Assembly: GCF_000143415.4 (NCBI RefSeq)
Contig: NW_003314388.1
Span: forward strand, 1-64,000
Direction: 5' to 3'
Source of the DNA: Selaginella moellendorffii
Taxonomy: Eukaryota > Plantae > Lycopodiophyta
Length of the DNA stretch: 64,000 bases
Both the position numbers and the translations under genes were made by a program. The stretch's first letter is position 1. Every line of letters begins with the position of its first letter. The notes beneath the pieces were generated by a model, which was given only the letters and a program-made list of their open reading frames with translations, did no database searches and was not told where the DNA came from. This document shows, piece after piece, positions 35,966 through 48,795 of the stretch.

Positions 35966-38900
35966 TCAATAATGGTGATCTTCACAGACCCAGCCACATG
36001 GACTTTTGACGAGTCCAAAGCACTTCTTCATCATCAAGATTCGGTCCTCGCCATATCGTTGAGGTGAATTCTTTTTCACATACTCAAACAACTCCATAAT
36101 GTCATCTTTTGATGCTGGTTGCAACCTGTTATTGAGATCGCCTTCAAAGCAGGAGTCAATTGTAGCCTTCAAGCCATTTGCACCAAGCTCAATCAAGGTA
36201 CCGACCAGCTCCCCTCCCACTGGCGATGCCACTTTACCGAGCTTTGCAAGGGTGAAACACATTGTGATGCCTGGGACGAAGACGTTGCTATACTTTTTGA
36301 ACCATTGATTTGGGATAGTGATTGGTACTCCTGGGTACTTCTTCAAATCAACTGGGTGACAGCCGCTTGTATGCTCACATAAGTAGCTAATATTTGCCCG
36401 TTTCCCAATCAGTGGTGAATATTTTAGCAACAGATTTGACTCCATTGTAAGGTGCGGGAGTTTCGGACACTCCAGCTTAATGGATTCCAACAGTGATGAG
36501 CAGCTCTTGATCAATGCGTTTTCTGTGTCCTTCAGGCCCTTTTGCAGCTTTTGTAAAGATTCTTTGATATCTGTTATGGAGACCTTAAAGTCCTCCATAT
36601 ATATCTGAATCCCCTGCATAGATTTCTGTTGATGCTTGTGTAATTGGTAGCAAAAGTTAGCAAGGTTGCTCATGTCATCACTTTCAAACTTTGGGATCTC
36701 GACCTGCACAAGCTGTAGCTGCTGGTTTTGGTACACTGACACTATGTGCTGGTTGTATTCTTTGACAACCTCTTCAACAGCATGCTTACGTGGCTGAATA
36801 ATCTCGTTGACTTCACTTGGCATCAAGAGTTCCAAGGCACTTGTGGAGTCACCAAAACCCCAGGTAAAGTGATAATCAAAGCCCTCCCTGGCTACCATCT
36901 GTTTGACCTCTTGCAGTGTCCAAGAGCTCTTGCTGCATGATCCCTCTTGTCCTGATGCTTTTCCAAACTGTCTTACCTTCCCTGGATTCAAAACATGTTC
37001 TTCAAGCTTGATGAAAGGACAGGCCCTATTAGTTTCCTTTACTACACAATCTCGTATCTCCTTCATGAACTGCTCCCCTTTGAGTCCCCTCTCTTCCTGC
37101 TTGGGCACCATCAACATAATATCCACCCATTGCCTATCTGTCCAATGCTTATAATCCCCACCAACAGTAACCAGAACTTGAATGCGATCCTCTTCAAATG
37201 AAACCCAACCTGCACCAAGCTCACTTCCATGGCCCCATTTGTCACACATCTCCTTCACCTTAGCTTGAATAACTGCAAATAGTCCTGCTTTCAATCAGTA
37301 TTAGTCTAATCCAACAAGTAATCCAGCATAATTACCTGATGGGAGAAGAACGAAGCCCTTCATAGTGTCGTCTGCTTGCAATCTCCGACCCCAACAATCA
37401 TATGTTTGCTCGCTTTCAATCCATCCACTGAACTCATCACACAATAATGCAGGCACAATGAGGTGTTCTGGCCGATTTCGTGGCTCTGACCACCTTATCT
37501 CCCAGCTAGTCATGCCATCAGGAATCAAAACCCCCATCTCACAGAGCAGCTTGAGCAGGAAATAGATGTTGCCCTCCGCAGTCTCTCCAAGTGTTTTGAG
37601 CTCTTGTACTGCTTTCACAGTAGACCACTTGGGTTCCCCCCACTTCATCGTATCGTTTCTGTCTTGCTTAGGAATGAAAATTCCTAACACAGTGTGGAGA
37701 AACCATGGCATGTCTAGAACTGCATTGTTGACAATCAATGCAGCTTCTTTGTCGTTTGGATCCCTGTCTTGATATGTGTCATCTGCCCCAAAGTAGACAG
37801 CTTCTCCCATGTCATGTAAGCAGATGAATGTGTATTGTGCAGCAAATGCCTGATCTTCTTTCTCCTCCTTGAACCAAGCCTTGGACATCTCATGTAGGTC
37901 TACCACCCTCTGTTGGACAAGTGTTTGTGCCCGTGTGTGGATATGATACCATGGTGTGGATGAACCCCGCCTTCTGATAACCTCATCACAAGTCCAGGGA
38001 ATCACAGGAAGTTTATTTATCATTTCGTCCACTGCTATCGCGAGCTTGGGCTTCAGTTCCTTCTGTACCTGACGAGCATTCAACCCATTCACCTCGAAAT
38101 AGTGATCACCACGTTGGCCCTGAACAAAGTCTAGCTTGTCCTTATACTTGAGTAACAGTGTCGTCGCAGCTGCTCGAGCTTCTACCAAGAAACGGTTATC
38201 ACGAACAAAGATGTTGAGTACTAAGAAAATGGTGGGTTTCCTAGCTGGTGTTGCAGATTGGTGGGCCGCTATGAAGCGAAACCAGTATTGGAGCTCTGTT
38301 TCCAAGTCACCTCCAGGACCTCCAACCTTGCACACCACCATGAAGAGATCTTTGTCGCTGCCCCTGAGGAAATAGTGATGAAAAGCGTGGTAGACCTCCT
38401 GGCCTCCCAGATCGTAGATCAGGAGTTTCTTCCTCTCTCCAAATCTGAGAGTCCTCCTCTCAATTCCCACTGTTGATGATGCATGATCCTGACGCGGCGG
38501 CTTGACGCACTGCCGGAGGGCTGCACAGGTGCGGACAAGATTGGTGGAGATGGTGGTCTTGCCCGAGGCAGTGTGGCCGCACATGAACAGCTTGGCAGTT
38601 GATGGTGTGACTGGAGTGCTTTTTGCAAAAACGGGGCTCTTCTGAAATAGAGCATTCCGGTACTTTACCCTCAACCACCTGCCCTCCTGCACTTTAGAAG
38701 CCCATTTGCCTCCAATTTGCAGTCTCTGGATCCGGCTGCTGTAGTTAGCCTCCAAGCTGCTGAGAACCACACCTTGAAGTCTTGAATTTCTTATAAATTC
38801 ACTCCTGAGAAAAATAAGTTGAGGACTTTCCCATAACGGAGACAAGGAGACACTTTCAAGCTTGCAATATGGGCTCGCCAGTAACTGACCCACGGGCTTC

Positions 38901-39664
38901 ATTAAAGTTACTGGATCGATTGATTCTAACTCCAGGAACCAGAGCTTGCACTTGGCATTGTTGTTTATGCATTCTGCCAGCAGGGAGATCTCCTCATGGC
39001 TGGCCACATTTGAAATTCCAAGGCCTTCTATTGATCCGCAGATTTGGCTGAGTAGCGCCTGATCATTTGGGGTGTTGACCAGCCTAAGCTTCCGTAGACT
39101 TGTTCGAGCCTGAAAGAGGGCAGGGGTCAAGTATTCATTCTGATCCAGGGACAGCTCCCAGATCTTGCAGGCTGGATCTTGCAGCAGCTTCTCCAGGTGG
39201 GGCGAGCAATCGCATTGTTTAAGCTCCAGACGTTCTAAATACTTTGGAAGTGTTGATTCTGCTAAAGCATCTAAATCTACAGCACAGGAATATAGAAAAA
39301 GCGTCTTGAGCTTGATTGGCATCCCCTTGTGCTTGGCAGCAGCAATAGCATCATCCAAGCTGCGAATCACCTCCTCACCAAATTTGTGTCTAATTCTAAG
39401 GCTGCTCAGCTTGGACACAGCTGCTTCTAGAAACCCCTCCACTTTGTGGTAGCCCTCCCTCCACACGAATACGTGCTCCAGAGTGTTGTCCTCCAGCAGC
39501 AGCAGGTTGCGCAAGCCTTTGAAGTCTTCTGAATCGAATTTTGCTGCTCTGTATCTCTGTTCCTTCAGCTGACTCACACTCGACACCCAATGGTTCCAAC
39601 TCTCAAAGCGAATGCTTCCCAAATTCTCGTAATCATCTATCCGGGCCTGCTTTGGCTCCCCCAT
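35966..39664 (-). CDS. TORNADO1-like Roco protein (LRR-Roc-COR-coiled coil), copy B, intact, about 1215 aa (exons 39664-37336, 37284-35966)
   Basis: LRR-like repeats (LKTLFLYSC, LERLELKQC, IWELSLDQN, LRKLRLVN), GHTASGKTT, STVGIE, IYDLGGQEVYHAFH, LHDMGEAVYF and ISYLCEH...CHPV. Start assumed at MGEPKQ. Confidence 0.85.
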
Positions 39665-40024
39665 AACTGACAATGGAATACCCTCAGAAATTACAACAAA
39701 TGTCGTTGATGAATCAACATCCAAATGACAACTTGGAAGTGGCTAGCAAAGATGAGTCAGTGGCTTGGCATGCTGCTTGGCTTCAAACATGAAATCAGAT
39801 ACTCTGATCGCAACGCAACCCTACGGTGCACGTCGTACAAAGTGGCATCAATCATGGCAAATATTTTTCTTTTTCTTTTGCTTTCGCTTTGTAAAGGTAA
39901 GCAATTAGCAAGCGCGCTAGACAACGCATAAACTTATGTATGCGTATGCCACTTTACTCACATGCATAAGAGTTGACAATGCAGAAGTAGACAATGCACA
40001 AGTACTCTTCAAGAGATTCCACGT

Positions 40025-40965
40025 GCCGCGCGAGTTCGTCAGCTCCTCGATTGGGTAGACCTGGAGCAACAGTAAGCTATTCAGGCTGACCTGGAGAACG
40101 AAGCGAGCGATCCTGCCTTTTGGGAAAAGTGTTCCAAAGCAAAGAAAATACTCTCCAATGGAAGCCGCGGAGACGGTCTCATGGATCACCGCGGCACTGG
40201 ATAGGTTCGAGCTAAACAAGCTCTTGTCTGGAAATTATGACAAGCTCGGATCACTATTACTGAACAGTGTCTGCTGATATCTATTTCCAAGGTTTGAGAT
40301 GCCTCCCCAGAGATATAATCATACGCATATCCCCGTGGATCTCGAGTGTGGCCGATTTAATCTCAGCTTCCTCACCAGGAGACCCTCCACCACAGTCGAC
40401 TTAAAGCCCGACCTGGTAGCCCATCGCTGGTACATCCTTAGAAGCATCTCAGCCCAATCCTGTACTGAAATGTATGTAAAACAACGCATAGGCTGGTGAG
40501 ACAATCGCCTTTCAACTCTAAAGGTCTACGACACAATCTTTAGTTTCGTCGAAACTCCTGTCTCAACGGTTGCTTCTCTTCACAGACAGTGATGCGAGAT
40601 CGAGGAGATACCCGAAAAGACCTTGAAAGTATATGGAGGCAAACGCGGGCAGACTGCTGTTCGTGTCATGCACATTCATGATGTTTCTAAAGATCTAGTG
40701 CTCTAAGACATTCTAACTAAAGTAAAAAATAAAAGCAATCGCGCTACTCAATCCAAGCTCCTGGTGATTCTCGAGGAACAAAGGGCCGCCGAGATCAAAG
40801 AGATTCAAGGAGACATTGTCAAGGCGGTCTGGGGACAGCAAATAAAAAACTACGTCTTCCATCCTTACAAATCCTTACAAGGATTGTGGAGACGGTGATC
40901 ATGGACGGAAATTTGGAGCCACTTCTCACAGCGTATCTCATGTTCAAGCAATCCAGTGCCAGTGT
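40025..40965 (+). pseudogene. Degenerate prfB copy with an internal inversion (about 40260-40490)
   Basis: Patchy match to 30400-31721. The [10 protein letters not shown] exon lies on the opposite strand. Confidence 0.85.
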
Positions 40966-41039
40966 AAGTTGAGTGAGATAGTGGTTAATACATTGTATTC
41001 TATTTCTCGTGATACTCTTTGATAGGCTATAAGTAAACA

Positions 41040-42522
41040 TGAGCTACAATGTGAATGGACTGAGAGCGCGATTGTCTCCGGCGAGATCGCTGCGGTCCTT
41101 CTTGGACTCGCTCGACGCAAACATCATATGCCTCCGAGAGATTGGATTTTGGATTGGCTCTAGCTGTTCTTGCTGATTCATTCTATGTTCTCGAGCTAGG
41201 AGACTAAGATTCGCAGGCAGGAGGTCACCGCGGATATTGCCACAGCGCAAGGAAACGAATCCTTCTTCTCTTGCTCGCGCACCGTGAAGAAAGGCCGCCT
41301 GGGCTACTCAGGTAAGAATCACATCACTAGGTATTAAAGATTTTGGTTTTTTTTGCATTCTTCGACTACAGACATTGCGAGTTAGAACTTTTGTTCTCCC
41401 TTGGCAAGGGATTAAAGCGCATTGCTGGTCAGGTGTGGCTACGTTTTGCAAGGTGGTGTGTGGAAACAATGTAGCGTTGCCTGTGGCTGCCGAGGAAGTT
41501 GACTAGTGCCAAAGCTGGTGAAGGTGACAAAGAGTTCTGGCTTGGAAGCTACGATCCAATTCTAACCTTGGAAGGATTTACGAGGCAGGAACTTCTCGAC
41601 TTGGACAACGAAGGCCGATGCATCGTCACGGACCACGGGTATTTTGGTATGGAGCTTCCTTGCTTTCATTCGCACTGATTGTTCTGTTCTGTTTGTTGAT
41701 GGATTCTTTCTACCTAGTACTCTTCAATATCTATGGTCCTAATGTTGGCTGTGGAGACGTTGAACGGCAGGACTTTATGCTACAGGTATTGACAGATGCG
41801 TTGCTGTTTGTTGTGAATCTTTCGCAGTGTAGGCTGGAAAGCATCTTAAAACAAGGCAGGAGGATTATTATCGTGGGTGACTTGAACATTTCTCCATATC
41901 CTATCAACTCCTGTGACCCTGGCCCAGAATTTGATACCAATCCGTAAGTCACTCACTGATTTCTAGTACTTTTTTAACATGTTCATTTTAATAGGAGCCG
42001 TCAATGGTTTAGATCATTGCTGGTGAGCGAGGTGGTGCGTTTTCAGACGCGTTTCGCGTGTTTCATCCTGAAAGGTAACTCTTCACGGTTTTTGTCTGGC
42101 CAAAACATATGTGCTTATAAACATGTTGTTCAGAGCAGAGGCTTACACTTGCTGGTCTCAGGCATCGGGTGCGGAGGAGTTTAACTACGGCAGTCGTATT
42201 GATCACGTTCTTATTGCTGGTCCCTGCGCTGGCCATTGTCAGTCTCCTGATGGATAGCATGGCAATAGTAGCTGTGACGGATTTGCAAAGTGTGGAACAG
42301 ATATGTGTGACATTCTTCTCGAGTTTAAGCGTGCAAAGCTGGACACTCTTCCGAGGTACGCAAAAAAGACAGACTAGTTGTTGCCAGTGTTGATGTCTCT
42401 CTATGGCAGATGGAGTGGTGGGAGAAGCTTAAAACTGGATGGTTCAGATCACGCTCCTGTTATTCTGCAGTTTAAGCATTTACCTTCCATTCCACCACAT
42501 GAAGCTCCACAACTGGCTGCTC
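41040..42522 (+). pseudogene. APE2 truncated tandem copy
   Basis: Matches about 31873-33372 with deletions and frameshifts; no C-terminal exons. Confidence 0.9.
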
Positions 42523-42943
42523 ATACCTTCTATACACTTCAGAATTGACAACAAATGCTGTTAATCAATCAACATCAAAATGGCAACTGAAAACGAAGAA
42601 TTGCAAGGCAGCATGACAAGCGTGAGAGCATGCCATGCAATGCGAGTCAGTGGCTCGGCAGTTTGCTAGTTTTAAACATGAAATCAGATGCCAACCCTGA
42701 TCTCAACGCTACTGTACAGTGCACGTCGCACAAAGTGGCACCTTTAAACATGGTATCATGATCGAACGCTACGCTACAATGGACGTCGTACACAGTGGCA
42801 CCAATTTAATTACTGTAACCTGGTTTTGCAACCGATTGGCCTGCGACGTGAAGAATGGCCAAGCAGGAGCTCATTGAGTTCTCTCGCTTGGAGCCTCCCA
42901 AGTCGAGAATTTTTAAAGAGAATTGTTTACTCACATGCTAGGC

Positions 42944-43884
42944 TCATTGCATGCACAGGGAGTCCGCGAGGAACAGCTGGATCGCATTTACGGCGTGGAG
43001 CTCAAGGGACTCCTGCGTTGTGCTGTTCTTGTCAAGCACCTTCTTTGGGACTTTGAAGGAGTGGTCTCCTCCTTCGATGGTGTGGAGAGAGGTCTTGACT
43101 GGCATCTTTGTGACGACGCTGTGGAGCTTATCGAGCGGACACATCGTGTCTTTGGTCCCCTGCCAAAACGAAAAAGAACAAAAGAGAGCTGTGAAGTTCA
43201 CAGTGATGGTTGATCGCAAGTACCTGGACGAACATTGTTGGTACTGGAACTTCAAGCAAGGTTTGATCTCTAAGCGATCCCTTGCTTCCCTGGACACCGG
43301 ATGGATTACATACCAGGCTATATAAACAGGAGAACTATACCTTAAGCGGATAACCCAGACATATTACAGCAGCTATCTGGTGTGAGCCAGCTTTCGCAGC
43401 TACCATGCAACCCACCCTGTGAAAATGGAGAAGAACTTGTATAAAGATGACAAGAGGAAAAAAGAAAAGAACCTTGAACCCATAGATTTGCCCACGAGAA
43501 CTACTGGGTGTCCTGGGTATTTCTCCACGCCCTTGTTAACTTGCTGGAGATGGAAATCGACGAGCTTCTCGGCCTTGGGTGGAGCACCCTTCTTTCCTCC
43601 AGAAAGATCTTCCAAGAAAGAAGAAAAAGAATAAGAAAGAAGACCCAAGAGCTTGCTTCTTACAGGGATAGTCGAATGTTATCACATCCACGGCGTTGGT
43701 CGCCGTTGCCAACAGGTTCTTCCATCTTGCCAAAAGAAAGAAAAAAGAAAAAGAGGATTAAAGCAAGATCCGGAGAGACAAACCTGATCATCCAGTCGGA
43801 TGAGGACGGAGCCCCAGCGCCGTGGGCAAAAACGAGCAGCGGCGCCGGATTCAGGCGCGGTCGCTTTGCTTCACGCTCTTCCAT
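42944..43884 (-). CDS. Alpha/beta hydrolase, TEX30/KANSL3-like, multi-exon
   Basis: LVFAHGAGAPSSSDWM, TFDYP, LVGKSMGSR (nucleophile elbow), CLGYPL, QGTKDTMC and IEGGDHSF. Confidence 0.85.
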
Positions 43885-44170
43885 TTTAACACTTACCCGA
43901 TAGAAGAAAACGTTTTAAGTACCTAGAAATCCTCCTCGTCGATAGACGAGAACTTTCTTTCCTCCTCTCATAAAGAATCGAGAAACATAAAATGCAATAA
44001 TGATTAGACCAAAGGTTAGAAAGGGTAATATTTTACGTCTAGGGTCTAGGGCTTCTTCACTCTGTGTTTTAGGGCTCGTGGCGCTCGCCGGTAAGTTCCA
44101 AATGCGCTAGCTCTCCTGCTCCCGCCCGATCGAGCTGGATGGATCGCAGTAGCTTAGGGACTAGCAGGAG

Positions 44171-46020
44171 ATGCATCTGGTGAGGGGCATGGATCTCGAT
44201 AGGGATAGACCAGACAATGAGCGCAATGGAGTCAGGGCCTACATTGCCACGGATTCCAGGGACGTAGAGGGCGACGATGGGATTTCGAGGAAGAGGAAGT
44301 ACTCTCCCATTGTTTGGGACCTTGACGACGGCAGAAAATCTGATGCGGCGCCGCCCTTGTCTAGATTCTCCGAGGCGGCTGCTGCTGGAGAGGATGAAAC
44401 ACAGCCGATTGACACCGATGTGCTCTCCAGCGGTGGTGGTTGTGCTCAGGACAATTCCGGGAGCCGAGATGAGGAGCAGCGGTACGAGCAGGAACTTAAC
44501 GAGAAAGAGCTTGTGGAACTTAGCGACGACGATGGTAGTGCTCCAGACGAGCGCTCGGGGTCGGACTCGGACTATGACGATCGATCGCCGCCCCCGCAGC
44601 TACGTAGTATTGATATGCTGCGAGGCTGCCGAAGCGTGGACGAGTTTGAGAGGCTTAACAAAATCGACGAGGGGACTTACGGGGTCGTCTATCGTGCTCG
44701 GGACAAGAAAAGTGGAGAGATTGTCGCCCTCAAGAGAGTGAAGATGGACCACGAGAGAGAAGGATTCCCCATGACGTCTCTACGGGAAATCAACGTTCTT
44801 CTCTCGTTTCACCATCCATCGATCGTGGATGTCAAGGAAGTGGTGGTCGGCAGCAACTTGGACAGCATCTTCATGGTGATGGAGTATATGGAGCACGATT
44901 TGAAAGGATTGATGGACGCCATGAAGCAGCCTTTTACTCAAAGTGAGGCGAAGTGTCTGATGCTACAGCTCTTCGAAGGCGTCAAGTATCTGCACGACAA
45001 CTGGGTTTTGCATAGGTATGCCTTCTATCTTTCCTTTCTGTTTTCTTTTTTCTTTTGGTCTTACTGTAAACAAGCGATCTTTTCAGGGATTTAAAGACTT
45101 CAAATCTCCTACTAAACAACCGTGGAGATTTGAAGATATGTGACTTTGGTTTGGCAAGACAATATGGTAGTCCTCTTAAGACGTACACACGCATGGTAGT
45201 CACGTTATGGTACAGGTATGCATTCCTTTTCAGAGCACATAGATGGAAGTCTGAAACCTGTTCTAGGGCCCCCGAGCTGCTTCTCGGCTCAAAGAAATAC
45301 AATGCTGCCATTGACATGTGGTCCTTGGGTTGCATTATGGCAGAATTCCTCGCCAAAGAACCTTTGTTCACCGGGAAGTCTGAAATAGACCAGCTGGACA
45401 AGGTCAGTAATTCTGAAGTACATCTACAATATATCTGTGTCTTTCTACACTGCAGATATTTAAGACATTAGGAACGCCAAATGAGAAGATCTGGCCCAAT
45501 TTTGTAAACTTGCCAGGGGTCAAATGCAACTTTGTGCGCCAACCGTGAGTTTCGTTTGTCCTGGGACTCGGCAATTCTAACTGGTGTAATCTTTGATAGG
45601 TATAATAGGCTTCGGGAAAAGTTTCCTCCAGTTGCTTTTGGAGGAAGACCGGCTTTATCCGAGAAGGGTTATGACTTGCTTAACAAACTCCTTACCTACG
45701 ATCCATCGAAGGTATTTATTCCACACGGCAAGGCCTCCTAACTGACTCCAGGAATTTGCAGAGAATTACAGCTGAAGAAGCGTTGAATCACGAATGGTTT
45801 GACGAAGTTCCACTTCCAAAAATGAAAGAGCTTATGCCGACTTTTCCAGTACGAAGCGATCAGGACAGGTACACATTGTTCAGTAGAGAAGAACATTACG
45901 TGGCTATTATGGTTATCGTCTGCCAGGAGACTGAGAAGAGCCATGAAAAGCCCGGATCCACTCGAAGAACAAAGAAGGCGTGAGTTACGGGGCGAGTTTG
46001 GGGCAGGAGTGTTTGGCTAA
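44171..46020 (+). CDS. CDKG: Cyclin-dependent kinase G (CDK11/PITSLRE-like), multi-exon
   Basis: [43 protein letters not shown] and VVTLWYRAPE. The start could instead be 44189. Confidence 0.92.
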
Positions 46021-46470
46021 CTACCGAGCTGCAAGCATTTTTGTTTCGGAATTGTACAACTCGTGCAGCACCTTTTGACTATCGAAGAAGCCGCGTCCAG
46101 ATGGCAGGTTTGTAGTTTGTCTATTTCGAACACGCGGGCTCATATATGGCATGCAGGATCTTTTTTACATACAGTTTTCTAAGCTCGTCGGGATTTGTGC
46201 TGAGTGTACTTGCGGCTGTAAAATACTTGTAGAGGTTCTTCTCTGGTAATGATCATGACCATTCGTTTTAATCTCTAACACTGCATGGGAGTTGCCGTGG
46301 GGCATGAAAGTCTTGATTCTATCCATTGTTTTAGTGTGGCAAGAGTAATTGTAGTCACTCACGCAACTCCTGAATCCCACTGAGGTGGTGTGAATGGTCA
46401 AAATGAGAACGGAGGGTGGATAGACTTGAATATATAGCAAGGTAAGTTTTGAATGTTTATTTAGACTGTT

Positions 46471-48384
46471 ATGTCGATTCTAACAATATTATTTCTTGTA
46501 GCGACTACTTTTCAAACTGTTCATTCTTCAACTAAACACTACTATTTTACTGTAAGCCTTGATCTAGGAGGCTTTCCGAGTAATAGTTTCTCTTGCAGGT
46601 AGAGAATAAGACTATCACTAGACTCTGTCGAACCAGAACGATTGTTACTGTGAACGGCGAGTTTCCAGGCCCGCAAATTGAAGTAGATGAAGAGGATAGA
46701 GTGATTATTGAAGTAACAAACAAAGCGAGTTCTGGCATCAGCATTCACTGGTAAGTGCTAGAAAGCGTTTCTTTCTTCCTTTTTTTTCTGAGCTTGATTT
46801 TAAGAGACGACTGGAATGGTAGGCATGGTGTGTATCAAAAGCGGACATGCTGGTTCGATGGTCCGTCGTACGTCACACAGTGTCCCATTCAGCCTGGAAA
46901 TTCCTTTACGTACAACTTCACGGTTGTTGGTCAGCGGGGTACCTTATGGTGGCATGCACACGCAGGCTGGCTCAGAGCTACCGTTTACGGAGCTTTTATA
47001 ATACAGCCTAGTTCTAATCCTCTCCCAGAGGAGCACACTATCATTCTTGGTATGTCTAACTTCTTTGCGTATTTCTTACATGATTTTCCAGGACAATGGT
47101 GGAACTCTGATGTTTCTGCGATGGTGGACGAAGCTACAGCAGCTGGTGTACCACCAAACATATCAGATGCATTGACGATAAACGGGCTTCCCGGCCTCCT
47201 GTATGGTGGGTGCTCAGAGTCAGGTATGCAGGCACACTCATTGCTATATGAACTGATAGTTGTCCACAGATACCGCTCGTGTAAGGGTAGCAGAAAGCAA
47301 CACACATCTCCTGCGCCTTGTCAACGCTGCAATGCAGATCGAGATGTTCTTTGGTATTGCAAATCATACCCTTGAAGTGATCGAGATCGACGCCTCGTAT
47401 GTTAAACCTTTTAACACGAGCACAGTGGTAATCGGACCAGGCCAGAGCATGAACGTGCTGATCACTACTGGAAGTGACGTCGGTTCATACCTTATGGCTG
47501 CCCGAGCATACAGTGCGGCTCCGAGTATACCTATTGACAACACGACAAGTTCCGCAATACTCGAAGTTGGTGACTCGTCCGACGTTCCGGCAGATTTACC
47601 AGATCTTCCTGGCCACTTCGACACAGCTTTTGTGACAGAGTTTGAGGACAAGGTACTGGGGCTCGTCGAGGGGGCGGTTCCTACAGAAATCGACAAAGAG
47701 ATGGTGATAACGGTGTCGATGAACGTCCTCGACTGTCCTCCGGACGCATCAGAGGAAAGCTGCCAGTTTTTTGAGGGGCGGGCCGGAGCATCCATGAACA
47801 ACATAAGCTACGTCCATCCGAACACCTCCATACTCGAGGCTTTCTACACCGGTGCCAGTTCTGGAGTCTACACCACCGACTTCCCACAGTATCCTCCTGT
47901 TGTTTTCGACTACACTGGGCCTCCGCCTGCTAATCTCAACGCTGTCCGGGGAACTAAGGTGCACGTTGTGGAGTATGGAACGAGGATGCAGGTTATTCTT
48001 CAAGGGACAAGTCTTGTGGTAGCGGAGTCTCACCCCATGCACCTCCATGGTTTCGACTTTTTTGTGGTCGGACGTGGGCTTGGGAACTACAACTCGTCAC
48101 TGGCTTCGACGTTTAATCTCTGGGATCCTCCTAAGCACAACACGGTACAGGTTCCAGCGGGAGGGTGGACTGCTTTGAGATTCTTAGCTACTAATCCAGG
48201 TACTTCCGTTCTGTGGAGCTCTTTCATTACCTTTAAAAAGCTGTGGGTGCTTTTAGGTGCTTGGTATTTTCATTGCCATCTTGATTTCCACCTCTCGGTG
48301 GGATTGGGCATCGTGCTTATAGTCGAGAATGGGGATGAGCCCTCGGAACAACTTGTCCCTCCTCCTGTCATGCCTGCGTGTTAA
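46471..48384 (+). CDS. LAC: Laccase (multicopper oxidase), secreted, multi-exon
   Basis: Signal-peptide exon 46471-46551; copper-binding motifs HW|HG, WWHAH, HPMHLHG and HCHLDFH...L. Confidence 0.93.
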
Positions 48385-48795
48385 GGTACTTTTTTTTTGA
48401 ATAACAATTCCTTTAGATAATATGATAAGATCATTTGTCTGTAGTACACTTTAGCTTGTGTTATTTGCTAGTGATAGCCGCCGCTTTTGCTTTATTTAAA
48501 TCTCTGCAGTGTTTCTCACCACAAAATGCAATTCTTTCTTTTTGTGTTCTTTTTGCGTTACTGCAAAGGAGATGTTTCGAGCTCGTTAAAGGTTTTTATT
48601 GTTCATTTTCTCTACTTTAATCGGTCTTTGATTATTATTCCTCTTGTAGCCGTATATTTTCTACCTTGGAGGTCAAAAGGGCATATCGACCGAAACACTG
48701 ACCAGAACTCACTATGATCTACTCGCGCAAGGAACTACCAGTTTGATCCTTCGTGTTTATTTTCTTTAATTTTTCTGCTCTCGGCCTCAGCAGCG

